Shown here: piece by piece, positions 41,569 through 55,104 of the stretch
How positions within the stretch are numbered: the stretch's first letter is position 1
How the letters are laid out: every line of letters starts with the position of its first letter
From: Octopus vulgaris
Lineage: Eukaryota
NCBI GenBank assembly: GCA_951406725.2
Contig: OX597833.1
Location: 18,290,001-18,354,000 of the forward strand
Length of the DNA: 64,000 nucleotides
Direction of reading: 5' to 3'
Program-made: the position numbers and the translations under genes
The notes under the pieces: model-generated
The model's input: the letters and a program-made list of their open reading frames with translations, nothing else
Database searches by the model: none
What the model was told of the DNA's origin: nothing

Positions 41569-41716
41569 TGTCAGTGCCATGTATGCTATAGGGTCTGCAA
41601 ATCTAAAGGAGGTCTCAAAAGGCATTTTGAAACCCACAAATGTCAGAACTTAAGTGTAGTTCTTGGTGATCCAAAGCAGATATGCAATTTGTGTGGGTGT
41701 CTTTTCAATACATTGT
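41569..41716 (+). pseudogene. Isolated C2H2 zinc-finger fragment (probably from a LINE C-terminus)
   Basis: [21 protein letters not shown] = CxxC-x12-HxxxH; a second CNLC is truncated by microsatellite. Confidence 0.55.
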
Positions 41717-41753
41717 ATGTAGATATGTATATGTGTGTATATGTGTGTATGTA

Positions 41754-41796
<43 letters not shown>

Positions 41797-42019
41797 CCTT
41801 GTGGACAGTCATTCCTTCAGAATGTCTGGCGGAATTAGAAATTCGAATTTATAAGCAGGGATTATAAGGAAAAAGATTCATAGAAAACACATATTTAATT
41901 ATTAGTATTATTTGTTTACTTATTACAAAGCTCCGTTTCCAAGGAGTTCTACCTTGTGAAGATGTCTTTGCAGCCGATATTTTCGAGTTAACAACGAACG
42001 AAATTTACAAACTGGTATA

Positions 42020-42300
42020 TGGCGCATATTTGCGTATCACCAATCAGACAATCGACATCAAGCTCCAACTTCTTTGCTAACTCCTTGGCTAAAATTTTAA
42101 AATCTACATTTAGCAAAGTTATGGGCTAAAATTATCAATGTGAATCCCGTTACTTGGGTCCTTTCATAGCAACATCACTGTTCTACTGCTATTTGAGGCA
42201 ATGAGATCTCCAAATAACTCTGGTGTGTAAGACAGACAACCCAATCCAGGTGATTTGACCGTAGTACAGCCAACCTTCGCTTCTTATATTTTTACAGCTG
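42020..42300 (-). mobile_element. L1/Tx1-like reverse transcriptase fragment
   Basis: KSPGL... and PITLLNVDFKILAKELAKKL, the RT N-terminal motifs; degenerate. Confidence 0.75.
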
Positions 42301-43765
42301 TTACCTTATTTTTAATTCTAGTGAATTTTGTGAGTAATTTAGAGCAGCTCTTCATACTCTATGGCCAATAGTTACAAGGGAAAATGTAAGTCGCCTTGAA
42401 GAAAGATGCGTTGTTTTGCCATGTAGGTCAGGCTTAAAGCTAAAGATGAAGTAAAATAGATATTAGTATTACATCTTTTGGCCTGTTGAGTCATACTTGG
42501 ACAGTCTACTAGACCGAAAGCGATATGACTCGACCTGTATAGACTGTCCAAGTTGGCCTCCGCAGGTGGCTGCGGAGGTCATAAATCAGAAAGAACTGAT
42601 TGAGGTCAGGAAGACTTGTAACAAAGAAGATTTTGTTTGCCTCGGTCCGGGCCTGCCGATGCAAGCTTCCCTGCAGGCGGCAGAAAACTTACTTGGGGGC
42701 CCGGATGAGGAAGACGAAGAATAATGAAAAATATATTTTTGTAATTTGTAATTTTAATTTTTGAATTTTTGTGATTATAATTTTGATTTCTATTGATTTA
42801 AATTGGACAGTGATTTCGAGGGGTTATCGGTCGGCGGGCGCCGGTGCCCCTCCCATTATTATTTTTTTTCTCCATCTTTGTCGTTTTCATACACATTAAT
42901 GTCTCTGTCCAGCCCGCAGCTAACTTTATCTGTGTACGACCTTCATTGGTCAATTCGATGAAATGAAGTATTACATCTTTTAAAAAATTGAATTCTTGCG
43001 AGGAACAAAACCAGTTAAAGATTTTTGAACAGGCGACCAATACAGGATTTTGATTAAATTCGAATGGATCTTGAAAGTTTTTTTTTTTTCCTCTGTTCCA
43101 TGTTTACTTCCTCATTTATTAGAATTGATAAATCGAATAGAACGAATATAATTGTTAACTGAAAAACCATCTCGCTTAGAAGGCCTTCGCTATGTTTTTT
43201 TATTCTTGCTACATTTTGAAGAAGTTCCAAGTTCTCGGGAGCTTTTGCAGAAAACTATGATTGAAGTATTGTAATTGTTAGAAATAAAAATGTAATTGTT
43301 AGAAATAAAAATGCAAAAATACTTTAATCCCTCTCGATATAGTTTGTATGAAAAAATTTCTTAGACATTGATGGAATATGAGAAATTTTTTCAAAAAATC
43401 ATTTTTCGCTCCTGATGCTTTAAGGTTCACATTCTTGGCTTCATAGCCAAAAAAAGCGATGACATGTTCGTGTTGTTCTCTGGAGTCATTTCTTGGATAT
43501 TTCTGCTTTGGGATTATTTTTTTATATAACCAGACTAAGATTACAAAAGTTGTGCTGTTTCAACTTCCTCATTTGCAGTTTTATAATTTTAGTCTTTGAA
43601 AATAGCAAAATTTGAAATTTTAGATGAGTCACTGAAACTTGTTTGCGGAAAACACAGCCCGGCAAAAATGCAAAAACATGACAACGATAAGTAAAAGAGG
43701 AATGATCTTGTACAAAGGTTCGCCAGATTAAGACACGAACACCTACAGAAACATTCATGTTTGTA

Positions 43766-44365
43766 GGGCGGCGAGCTGGCAGAAACGTTAGCACGCTGGG
43801 CGAAACGCTTAGCGGTATTTCGTCTGCCGCTACGTTCTGAGTTCAAATTCCACCGAGGTCGACTTTGCCTTTCATACTTTCGGGGTCGATAAATTAAGTA
43901 CCAGTTACGCACTGGGGTCGATATAATCGACTTAATCCGTTTGTCTGTCCTTGTTTGTCCCTTTTTTTGTTTAGCCTCTTGTGTGTAGTAAAGAAATAGG
44001 TATTTCGTCTGCCGCTACGTTTTGAGTTCAAATTCCGCCGAGGTCGAACTTGCCTTTCATCCTTTCGGGGTCGATAAATTAAGTACCAGTTACGCACTGG
44101 GGTCGATATAAACGACTTAATCCGTTTGTCTGTCCTTGTTTGTCCATTCTGTGTTTAGGCCCTTGTGGGCAGTAAAGAAATAGGTATTTCGTTTGTCTTT
44201 TCGTTCTGTGTTCAAATTCCGCCGAGGTCGAATTTGCCCTTCATCTTTTGGGGTCGATAAATTAAGTACCAGTTACACACCGGGGTCGATATAATCGACT
44301 TAATCCGTCTGTCTTTCCTTGTTTGTCTCCTCTGTGTGTATCCCCTAGTGGGTAGTAAAGAAATA
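43766..44365 (+). mobile_element. SINE-A head-to-tail trimer within one TSD
   Basis: One head plus three bodies joined at AAAGAAATA|GGTATTTCG; TSD AGAAACAT(T/C)CATGTTTGT at 43747-43764 and 44366-44383. Confidence 0.9.
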
Positions 44366-44573
44366 AGAAACATCCATGTTTGTTGCATCAAAACCTAAAC
44401 AGTTTGTATCTGATTGCATACACTACCATTCATCTAACGTTTCTATGATGATTCCAGTGAAGTTTTTTGCCTTTGAATTCAGAAACTTTAGAATAGCTAA
44501 AACTTTGCCATACATACTTCTGGGAACAACAATTGATATTTGATAATTGGCTTTTTTTCTTTCAAACTAAAAA

Positions 44574-44765
44574 GTGGTATACAACATGGAAAACAAAGAA
44601 CGACGTGGGAGACTTTCAACTGAGGCCATCGACACTAATCGGCAGCGAGTAGGAAAGTTGATTTGCATAAACAGACGAGTTACACTCTATGAGCTTGCTG
44701 CACAACGAGTCTGTGGTCACAATGCATTACTGAAGCTGGCGAACTACGTTGGGTATCAGAGTTGA
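44574..44765 (+). pseudogene. Mariner transposase fragment
   Basis: ENKERRGRLST...NRQRVGKLICINRRVTLYELA...VGY resembles the mariner GRP/second HTH region. Confidence 0.6.
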
Positions 44766-45377
44766 CACCTGATATGAATGAGAAAAAAAGGAATTCTGTT
44801 CTGATACGTTAAAAGTGTTACGAGTCAATATAACCTTTATTCTATCAGTTACGACGACGAGGGTTCCAGTTTTGATCCGATCAAAGGAACGGCCTTCTCG
44901 TGAAATTTACATGCAAGTGGTTGAGAACTCCACAGACACGTGTGCCCTTAACATAATTCTCAATGAGATTCAGCGTGACACACAATGTGACAAGACTTTC
45001 ACTTTGAACGACAGGTACGATTCATTTTTGCCAGCTGAGTAGACTGAAACAACGTGAAATAAAGTGTCTTGCTCAAGGGTACAATATGCTACTAGGAATC
45101 GAACTCACGACCTTACGATCATAAGCCGAATACTCTAGCAATTAAACCATGCGCCTTCACAATGAAGACGTGATTTTTCTTTCCTTCTGGTGACAATGGT
45201 ATGAAACATGGCCGTACCTTTATGATCCGGTCACGATCTATAGATTGACGTCATACTTTTTCTCCAGCGAGCGAACAATTACGATGTCTATTTTAAGAAT
45301 AGCAAGTTGTCATCCTACATTATTTTCTGGAACGTGGCTGTACCGTGAGTAGAGAACGTTGAAAGAAACTATTCTGA

Positions 45378-45787
45378 GGAGAGCTGGCAGAAACGTTAGC
45401 ACGCCGGGTGAAACGCTTAGCGGTGTTTCGTCCGCCGCTGCGTTCTGGGTTCAAATTCCGCCGAGTTCGACTTTGCCTTTCATCCTTTCGGGGTCGATGA
45501 ATTAAGCACCAGTTACGCACTGGGATCGAAATAATCGACTTGATCCGTCTGTCTGTCCTTGTTTGTCTCCTCTGTGTTAAGCCCCTTGTTGGTAGTAAAG
45601 AAATAGGTATTTCGTCTGCCGTTACGTTCTGAGTTCAAATTCCGCCGAGTGCGACTTTGCCTTTCATATTTTCTGGGTCGAAAAATAAGTACCAGTTACG
45701 CACTGGGGTCGATGTAATCGACTTAATCCGTTTGTCTGTCCTTGTTTGTCCCCTCTGTGTTTAGCCCCTTGTGGGTAGTAAAGAAAT
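45378..45787 (+). mobile_element. SINE-A dimer within one TSD
   Basis: Junction AAAGAAATA|GGTATTTCG at about 45606; TSD AAGAAACTATT(C/A)TGAGGA at 45363-45380 and 45788-45805. Confidence 0.9.
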
Positions 45788-46228
45788 AAGAAACTATTAT
45801 GAGGAAAAGACAGAACAAGAATATGAAAACGATCCACATTTACCACGACAGTGCGTGACCCCACACAAAAGCAAATTTGGCTGACCAGTACCCACATCCC
45901 TATCCAATCAACAGCCCCAATATATTGGTTTCAAAGGCTGGTACAAGGCCAGCAATTTCAGGAAAGGGGATTAAGTCGATAAGTCGATTAAATCGACACC
46001 AGTACTCAACTGATATTTATTTTATCGATCCTGAATGGGATGAAAGGCAAATTCGACCTCGGCTGAATTTGAACTCACAACATAAAAACAGACGAAATGC
46101 CGCTTTGTATTTTGTCTGCAATTTGACCGGCGTGCTAACGACTGTACCAGCTCACCGCCTTAAACGGCCTCAATAAATTGAATTCAAATTTTGGCAGAAG
46201 GATAGTAATTTCGGGAGAAATTTATATA

Positions 46229-46514
46229 TATATTATTCATATAAATACAGTGTACATTTAAACACATAAGAGGTAGCCATCACAGGACTACCTGCACACT
46301 AGAGAGGACAGTTAAATTCTGAACCACTATTAGAGGTAATATATCGAAGGGAATGAAAAATAAAAGCATTTACCATCTAACTCCTTTCATTCTCTTCGAT
46401 ATTTTACCTCTAATAGCGGTTCGGAATTTAACTGTCCTTTCTAGCGTGCAGGTATTCCTATGATGGATACCTCTTATGTGTTTAAATGTACACTGTATTT
46501 ATATGAAAAATATA
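46229..46514. repeat. Long imperfect inverted repeat (~130-bp arms)
   Basis: 46229-46358 is the reverse complement of 46385-46514 with scattered mismatches; 26-nt spacer. Confidence 0.9.
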
Positions 46515-46603
46515 TAGTCTATTGACTAAATTTTTACACGCTAGGCCACTGGTAATGGAAATTTTTAATATTTCAGATTACCCTTTGATATTATTAATTA
46601 TAT

Positions 46604-47088
<485 letters not shown>

Positions 47089-47166
47089 ATATATATATAT
47101 ATACATAGTTTGTATGATAGATTTAATTTATTTTTGTTACATTGTTTTTTGTTTTCGTTATTAAAG

Positions 47167-47263
47167 ATTCCTGAAGATCATCCGGTAGGAGATTCAGTCA
47201 TTATCTTAACAGCTAAGGACTTGGATTCTGGTAAAGATGGTGAAATCATTTACTCGATAATAG
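47167..47263 (+). CDS. Cadherin exon 8 (EC6)
   Basis: AAAG|IPEDHPVGDSVIILTAKDLDSGKDGEIIYSII G|GTATGT; phase 0 to 1; absent from the ORF track. Confidence 0.93.
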
Positions 47264-47955
47264 GTATGTTTCACTGATATTTTTTCTTGTTTAAAAGAAA
47301 AAGAAAAGTTTTCTTTCCTCTCCTTTTCTTTCCTTCCTTTTTCTCTCTGTTGTTGTCTATATTTTCCTCTGCCTCTTTTTCATTCTGTCATTAGTGACAG
47401 CCATACAGTTTTTATTCTCTTTATTAAATGTCCAACTGCGTTAATTGTCGGAATAGAAGTAGGGGATCTTCACCTTTTGACCCACAGATTAAAAAAAATA
47501 TTTTTTGTAACTAAACACTTTCAAACTTCGGACACTGGTAGAATGTGTCACATAAAACATCTTTTACGCTTAGCATTTTTGAGAAAAACTAATATTTACG
47601 AAGTAATTTCACGTTAAAGTAGTCCTGTTTCGGTAATTTCAACCAATCAATGACGTGTATTCAACTGAATTTTTGTGGGCTGTAATTTAACTGAAGCTCA
47701 GAACCAACTCATTTAACCCCAGGAAAGAATAGAACAATTTTTTTCTTTGTTTCTTTGTTTATTTTTTTCCTATTCACTATCTTACGGAAACCATTTTGTT
47801 CGGCAATCCGCTGTTTTATGATCGAAGTGTGACTTGAATTGGCTAATTTTCATGCAATTTGCTTTGGATTTTTCTCAACTACAGTTTTCAGAAGCTCAGT
47901 ATTGACAGAACTTGGTCGACCCAGCTTGAGGGGAATCTATAAGAGAAAAATGTCT

Positions 47956-48110
47956 TTAGTGAAACTGACCAAGCCATCGTTGACATCTCCAGATACATAA
48001 AGCTTCATTTCTTAAACATAATGCTGCTTCCACTGCTGAAAATCCCTTTTCGAATACATAAGGCAAGCAGTGTCTGATATATTCATCAGGCAAACAGTCT
48101 CTGATATGGG
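47956..48110 (-). pseudogene. Mariner (Mos1-type) N-terminal HTH fragment
   Basis: YIRHCLPYVFEKGFSAVEAA...EALCIWRCQRWLGQFH. Confidence 0.65.
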
Positions 48111-48173
48111 TCTGATCTAAACTCGTTCTAAAAGGGTAAAATCGATACGAACTTAACCACAAGTCGTATAAAA

Positions 48174-48489
48174 CATTAGTTCTCAACCGGGGTTCATATG
48201 ATCCTTTGGGGTCCATTTAAAATTGGGGGCGGAGAGAGTGAGGGGATCCACACAAGCAAAATAGTAAACTGGGGATCCACAATGATATATTAAGAGTGCA
48301 AGAAAAAATTTTGCTGAAGGTGTATTTATTGCATTTCAACCAACACAAGTTAATATATAAAAAGCAAAATAGGAATTTTGAAAGAAGTTTCTATAAAACT
48401 ACTATTTAAACATCAAATGGTTACAGAGATCCACCAGAATAAAACAATAATCAAAGGGGTCCATAGATAAATATTGGTTAAGACCCCTG
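48174..48489. mobile_element. hAT-like MITE
   Basis: CATTAGTTCTCAACC / GGTTAAGACCCCTG ends, GGGGTCCA subterminal motifs; related to 63097-63355 and 38952-39475. Confidence 0.6.
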
Positions 48490-48675
48490 ATATAAAGTAA
48501 TCCGCGAAGAATAAAAAAATACTGGCTGTGTCGTAAGTAGCTTGCTTACCAACCACATGATTCCGGATTCATTACCACTGCTTGGGCAAGTGTCTTCTAC
48601 TATAGCCTCGGGCCGACCAAAGCCTTGTGAGTGGATTTGGTAGATGGAAACTGAAAGGAGCCCGTTGTACATATG

Positions 48676-48815
<140 letters not shown>

Positions 48816-50769
48816 CCCCCAACATCGCTTGACAACCGATGCTGGTGTGTTTACGTCGCCGTAACTTAGCGATTCGGCAAAAGAAGCCGATAGAATAAGT
48901 ACTAGGCTTACAAAGAATAAGTTCTGGGGTCGATTTGCTCGACTAAAGTCGGTTGCTCCAGCATGGCCACAGTCACATGACTGAAACAAGTAAAAGAGTA
49001 AAGAGTAAAAGAGTAATGTAAAAATGCTTTCTTTTTTTAATGTGTAAATAGCTGACGCTGTCCGAATTTTAAAGATGCCATTTTACTGATCGATGGAATC
49101 AATATTTCTAATCCTATCATTGTTTTTGGTTTGTGTCCAAATCGACCTATCCGTAAACATGTATGTTATTGAAAATAATCATTCACCGAAGAAACGAAAT
49201 CAACTCGAGTCAAAGAAAGAGCCTCTTTGTGTTCTCTCGTCTGCAAGAATTTGAAGCCATATCACCCTCAAATCATTCCCGACCGTCATACACAAAAAGG
49301 ACACGGTGGATAAGGTGATCCTATGTTCCCCGCACATATAAATAAAAACTAGATGGTTATGGTTGGAATGTTTTGATCGTAGGTCTGCTTCATTTGGGGC
49401 CAAACAAGAACAACACCAAGAATGAGAAGCCAACAAGCCAACAAGGCAACGAAGCTAACAAGTGAATCTGGTGGCTGAATCTGCTATAAATAACAGTAAA
49501 AATTCTCATAAATATTTTACTATATAAACATAAGGAAGGAAGCCTTGGACAATATAATCCCAGCTGTATAAAACAATGGAAAATTCATGGTTAGAACGGT
49601 TTGAGACATAGGACTTAGCTAAACTAAAAAACAACAATAACAACCGTAGCAGAACAAGATAAGACTACTATATAAATAAGGAGTATTTCGTTAGCTTTAA
49701 GGTAAATATGTAAAATATATTTCAAATTCTGTTTTGAGAATGTGTATTTTGTTCCAGCGAAGCCGATGAAAAATACATATCCCACTGCATAGGATAGTAG
49801 TCTATCGTAATTTAAGATTTACTCATTTATCTTACTCATAACCATGTGTAGACACAACTACACCTTAAATACACAATGAAACACAAGCTGTAGTGGAAAT
49901 GAATGCAAGGTCTATAATTCAGTGACCCAGTTTTCGTTTCTGAGGTTTTAGAGCTTCGCTCACATAGTCTTAACTGAAGAGGATCTATCATTTATTCAGT
50001 TGCTTTATTATATAAGGGAAACATCGATTATTGGAGATAGAATAATTAATCCGTCAAACAATTAATTTCTAAATATTTCTATTTTAAGACCATCGTTTTT
50101 TAATGAGTTACATGTTCATTACAAGTGGAGAGCCACCCATAAGGCCAATGCTTGAGCCCTGTATTTTAATGGGCTGGCAGAAGCTTTAGCACAAGTACCA
50201 GTTACGCACTGGGGTCGATATAATCGACTTAATCCATCTATCTGTCTTTGTTTGTCTCCTCTCTGTTTAGCCCCTTGTAGGTAGTAAAGAAATAGGTATT
50301 TCGTCTGCCGCTACGTTCTGAGTTCAAATTTCGCCCAGGTCGACTTTGCCTTTCATCCTTTCGGGGTCGATTAAATAAGTACCAGTTACGCACTGGGGTC
50401 GATGTAATCGACTTAATCCGTTTGTCTGTCCTTATTTGTCCCCACTATGTTTAGCCCCTTGTGGGTAATAAAGAAATATAATATGTATCTTTGTAAAATT
50501 AAAACGTTCGGCGTTTGGTACCAGGATGCTTCGAGAGATTATGGGTTACCATTGATTGCATTTCGTATGCAATCAGCGACCTCACTACTAACGATTCTGC
50601 CAGCTCGCCACCTTAGAAATAATTCTTTCTACGGGAGGCACAAGGGCTCAAATTTGGCGGGAGGGGACTAGTCGATTACATCGACCCTAGTGTTTTGCTG
50701 GTACTTAATTTATCGACCCCGAAAGGATGAAAGGTAAAGTCGACCTCGGTGGAATTTGAACTCGGTAAC

Positions 50770-51010
50770 TGGGATGTGTCCTGTTACTTATATGATTTAG
50801 GAGTGTCAGTTCAGGCTGTTTAGCTATGTTGCTCGATTTTCCGAACCGAATTCTTCAAATCGTTTTCTCTTCTCTGAGAATCCAGCTGGGGCGGTGACGG
50901 CTCGTGTTGGTCGGCCACGTGCCACATGGTTACGTTGGAGGAGGAAGTATTTCACAGAGATGGCAACTGACGACGGCGCATGCCCACATACCTGACAAGA
51001 CCTGACCTGA
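50770..51010 (+). mobile_element. RTE-clade LINE 3' fragment
   Basis: QFRLFSYVARF...VGRPRATWLR, then a CCTGA tandem tail. Confidence 0.65.
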
Positions 51011-52885
51011 ATGATAAATTAACATGTTCTTGTGTTGACAGTTCCCAGTGGTTTCATCATGCATTATCGGTTTATAAAAGTACTGATTAATTATATGACT
51101 TATTGACATTGAACTAAATATTCTTTACAGAGTGGAATAGGTCACAGAGAAGGCAGTGAGCTAACAGGATCATTAGCACGTCGGACAAAATGCTTAGCAA
51201 CATTTCTTCCGGTTCTATACGTTATAGGTTCAAATTCTACCGAGGTCAACTTTGCTTTTTATTCTTTTGGGGTCGATAAAATAGTGAGGTCCATGTAATC
51301 GAAATATATCCTCCATTCAGACTTACTAACCTTGAATCCTTTAACGGACCGACGCCCCGTTCAGATAGAACGTTGTGATTCCGGTCATTTTTATGTCATA
51401 GAAACCGGATGACCGGCGTTATGAGTCCAACAGTTCGAAAAATAAAAGGTCATACAATCAATTCCACAATATATTTTGGTCTCACACTAATGGCGTCGGA
51501 TTATGGCACAAGGCCAGCAAATTAGTGGAGGGGGAAAGTCGATTACATCAACCCCATTGCTCAACTGATACTTATTTTATCGATCATTCGAAAGATAAAG
51601 TTGACCTCGGTGTTATTTGAGCTCAGAACATAAAGGCGGACGAAATGCAGCTAAGCATTTTGCCCGGTGTGCTAACGATTCTGCCAGCTCACTGCCTTAG
51701 AAATAATCCTGTCTACGGGAGGCACAAGGCCTTAAATTTCGCGGGAGGGGACTAATTGATTATAATGAATTACGATGAAAAAAATAAAAAGTATTCTAAA
51801 CAATTTTCATGCTGAAACGTATAATAAAACTTTGTTTTTTTTTTGTTTTTTTTTTCAGAAATAAGCGTTGGCATAGGTGGGTAGTTAAGAAGCTTGCTTT
51901 ACAGCCATTGTTTCAGGTTGAGTCCCATTGCACGGCACCTTGAGCAAGTGTTCCAAGCCGACTAATTCCTCATGGATGGAAGCTGTCCGGAAGCCCAATT
52001 TATATGTGTGTGAGTGTGAGAGAGAGAGGGGGGGGAAAAGGTAGAGAGAGAGTGTTTGTGTGTGTGTCCACCGCTTGACAACTGGTGTTGGCTTGTTTAT
52101 GCCCCCGTAACTTAAAACAGTCCGATAGAGTAAGTGCCAGACTTAAACAAAGCACAAGTGCTGAGGTCGATTTGTCGGACTAAACCTTTCGATGTGGTAC
52201 TCCAGCATGGCCAAAGTCCAGTGACTGAAACAAGTAAAAGATAAAAAATAAAAGATATTTATTTAAAGCGGCGAGCTGGCAGAAACGTTAGCACGCCGGG
52301 CGAAATGCTTAGCGGTATTTCGTCTGCCGTTACGTTGTGAGTTCAAATTCCGCCGAGGTCGACTTTGCCTTTCATCCTTTCGGGGTCGATAAATTAAGCA
52401 CCAGTTACGCACTGGGATCGATGTAATCGACTTAATACCTATGTCTGACCTTGTTTGTCTATTCTATGTTAAGCCCCTTGTGGGTAGTAAAGAAATAGGC
52501 ATTTCATTCGTCTTTACGTTCTGAGTTCAAATTCCGCCGAGGTCGACTTTCCCTTTCATCCTTTCAGAGTTGATAAAATTAGTACCAGCTGAGCACTGGG
52601 GTCGATGTAATAGACTTATACCCACCGCACCCAAAATTTCTGGTCTTACTCTCTACTCTCTTTTACTTGTTTCAGTCATTTGACTGTGGCCATGCTGGAG
52701 CACAACCTTTAGTCGAGAAAATCGACCCCAGGACTTATTCTTTGTAAGCCTAGTACTTATTCTATCGGTGTCTTTTGCCGAACCGCTAAGTTACGGGGAC
52801 GTAAACCCACCAGCATCGGTTGTCAAGCGATGTTGAGGGACAAACACAGACGCACAAACATATACACACACATACATATACACAA

Positions 52886-52949
<64 letters not shown>

Positions 52950-53172
52950 GACGGGCTTCTTTCAGTTTCCGTCTACCAAATCCACTCACAAGGCTTTGGT
53001 CGGCCCGAGGCTATAGTAGAAGAGAGTTGCCCAAGGTGCCACGCAGTGGGACTGAACCCGGAACCATGTGGTTGGTAAGCAAGCTACTTATTACACAGCC
53101 ACTCCAACGTCTGTGCCAAAATTTGAAACCGATATTTGCTATATTTGGTGTTGTTTATTTAATTCATTTCAG

Positions 53173-53426
53173 GAGGGGATCCTACGAAAACCTTCTCCAT
53201 TAATAGCAACACAGGAGAGATTCATCTTGTTAAACAATTAGATTTTGAGACTATGTCGGATCCCGTGTTTTACTTGAACGTTATTGCGCAGGACAGAGGA
53301 ACTCCAATGAAATCGAGCAACACCATACAACAGATAGACATTGGAAATGTGAACGACAATCTACCTATATGCTCGTCAACGTTCATTAAAGAATACATCA
53401 ACGATAATGCAACAGCTGGCTATAAG
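53173..53426 (+). CDS. Cadherin exon 9 (EC6/EC7)
   Basis: TTTCAG|GA...FSINSNTGEI...LDFE...AQDRGTP...NVNDNLP; AAG|GTAGGA; phase 1 to 0. Confidence 0.95.
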
Positions 53427-55073
53427 GTAGGAGCAAACATTAAAGAATATTACTTAATTTCGGAGGTGTGTGGCTTAGTGGTTAGGGTGTTGGGCTTATG
53501 ATCGTAAGATTGTGGTTTCGATTCCTGAACCAGGCGAAAAGTTGTGTTCTTGAGCAAAACACTTCATTTCACGTTGGTCCAATCTACTCAGCTGACAAAA
53601 TGAGTAATCCTGCGACAACACGGCGTCCCATCCCGGTGGAGGGTATATACTTCATGGGAACCGGGAAGCCGGCCCTATGAGTCAATAAAACTCGGAAAGG
53701 ACCCGTACTTTGTTCGCATTGATATACTTTAGTCATTCTATATTACCCGACTATGTCTGTAAACAGTTCAAATGTAGAGTAAATTGGGTTGGATTGGTTT
53801 TGTGTGAGGAAGAAGCAAAAGCGTAACCTCCCAAGCGGAGCCATAGAGTATTGTTTTCTAATAGTAGCTATTTTATTCGGAGACGGGTGTTCTCAAAACA
53901 AAAAAAGAAAAAAACGATACTTCCCAGGAACCAGTGTTCTGTGACAAACGCTACTATCGAAGTGCGTCTTTCATGCCGTAAAATATGGTAATTACAAGCT
54001 TAGCAGGGTTTTTTTTTCAGTTGGTTTGGCGCCGTACTTAAAAGACTTCTTCCTCTATATAGAATCCCTATTAATACGTGTGTCTGAAAAACTGATCAAC
54101 GAAAGCGCTTATACACTTAACACGAAAAGTTCCTTCCCAAAAATTCGTGTCGTTCTGTTTTTATATATTTTTAAATAGCTAATAACTTTTAAGAAAATCT
54201 TTCTTGAAATATTGTGACTTTATCAAGTATTTTTTGCAAAAACAACTTATATATGTGTGTGTGTGTGTTTGTGTGTGAGTGTGTTTGTGTGTGTATGTTT
54301 GTGTGTGTGTGCGTATGCGCATGTGTGCTCGCGTGTGTGTATGTATGTGTGTGTGAGAGAGAGTGGAGAGAGAGTAGACAGGGAGGTAGAGAGAGAGAGG
54401 CTTTTCTGATAATTTTTCCTCTTTAAAATTAGGTATTTATAAACCATTAGTTGTTTAGGTGTCAAGAAATCGATTTGTAAACAACCGTTGTGACTTATAA
54501 ACATTGAATTACTAAAGTGGAAAAATTATCAGAAAAGTGATTCATATTAATTTTTTCAACTACTATATATAACACGGAAAACGATCGCACATGCAGTGGG
54601 TGCAAGTGTAAAGACCACCCTACAAGTTTTTCGTGTGTGTGTGTATATATATATTAACATATATATATGTGTGTATATATATATTGACATGTGTGCGCGT
54701 GTATTTGTGTGTATGTCTTTGTACCTGTGTTTGCCCCACCACCATCGCTTGACAACCGATGTTGGTGTGTTTACGTCCCTGTAACCTAGCAGTTCGGCAA
54801 GAGTGACCGATAGAATAAGTACTAAGCGTACAATGAATAATTTCTGGGGTCGATTTCTTCAACTATAAATCCCTTTAAGGCGGTGTTCGAGCATGGCCGC
54901 AGTCAAATGAATGAAACAAATAAAAGAATAAAAGTATATGGTATGTATGTATGTATGTATGTATGTATGTATGCAAGAATGTATGTATGTATGTATGTAT
55001 GTATGTATGTATGTATGTATGTATGTATGTATGTATGTATGCATGTATGTATGTATGTATGTATGTATGTATG

Positions 55074-55104
<31 letters not shown>

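Noticed and set aside
42497-42724. 75-aa GC-rich ORF ending in an acidic tail
   Set aside because: No recognisable domain or splice context; adjacent to L1/Tx1 debris, so probably TE-derived
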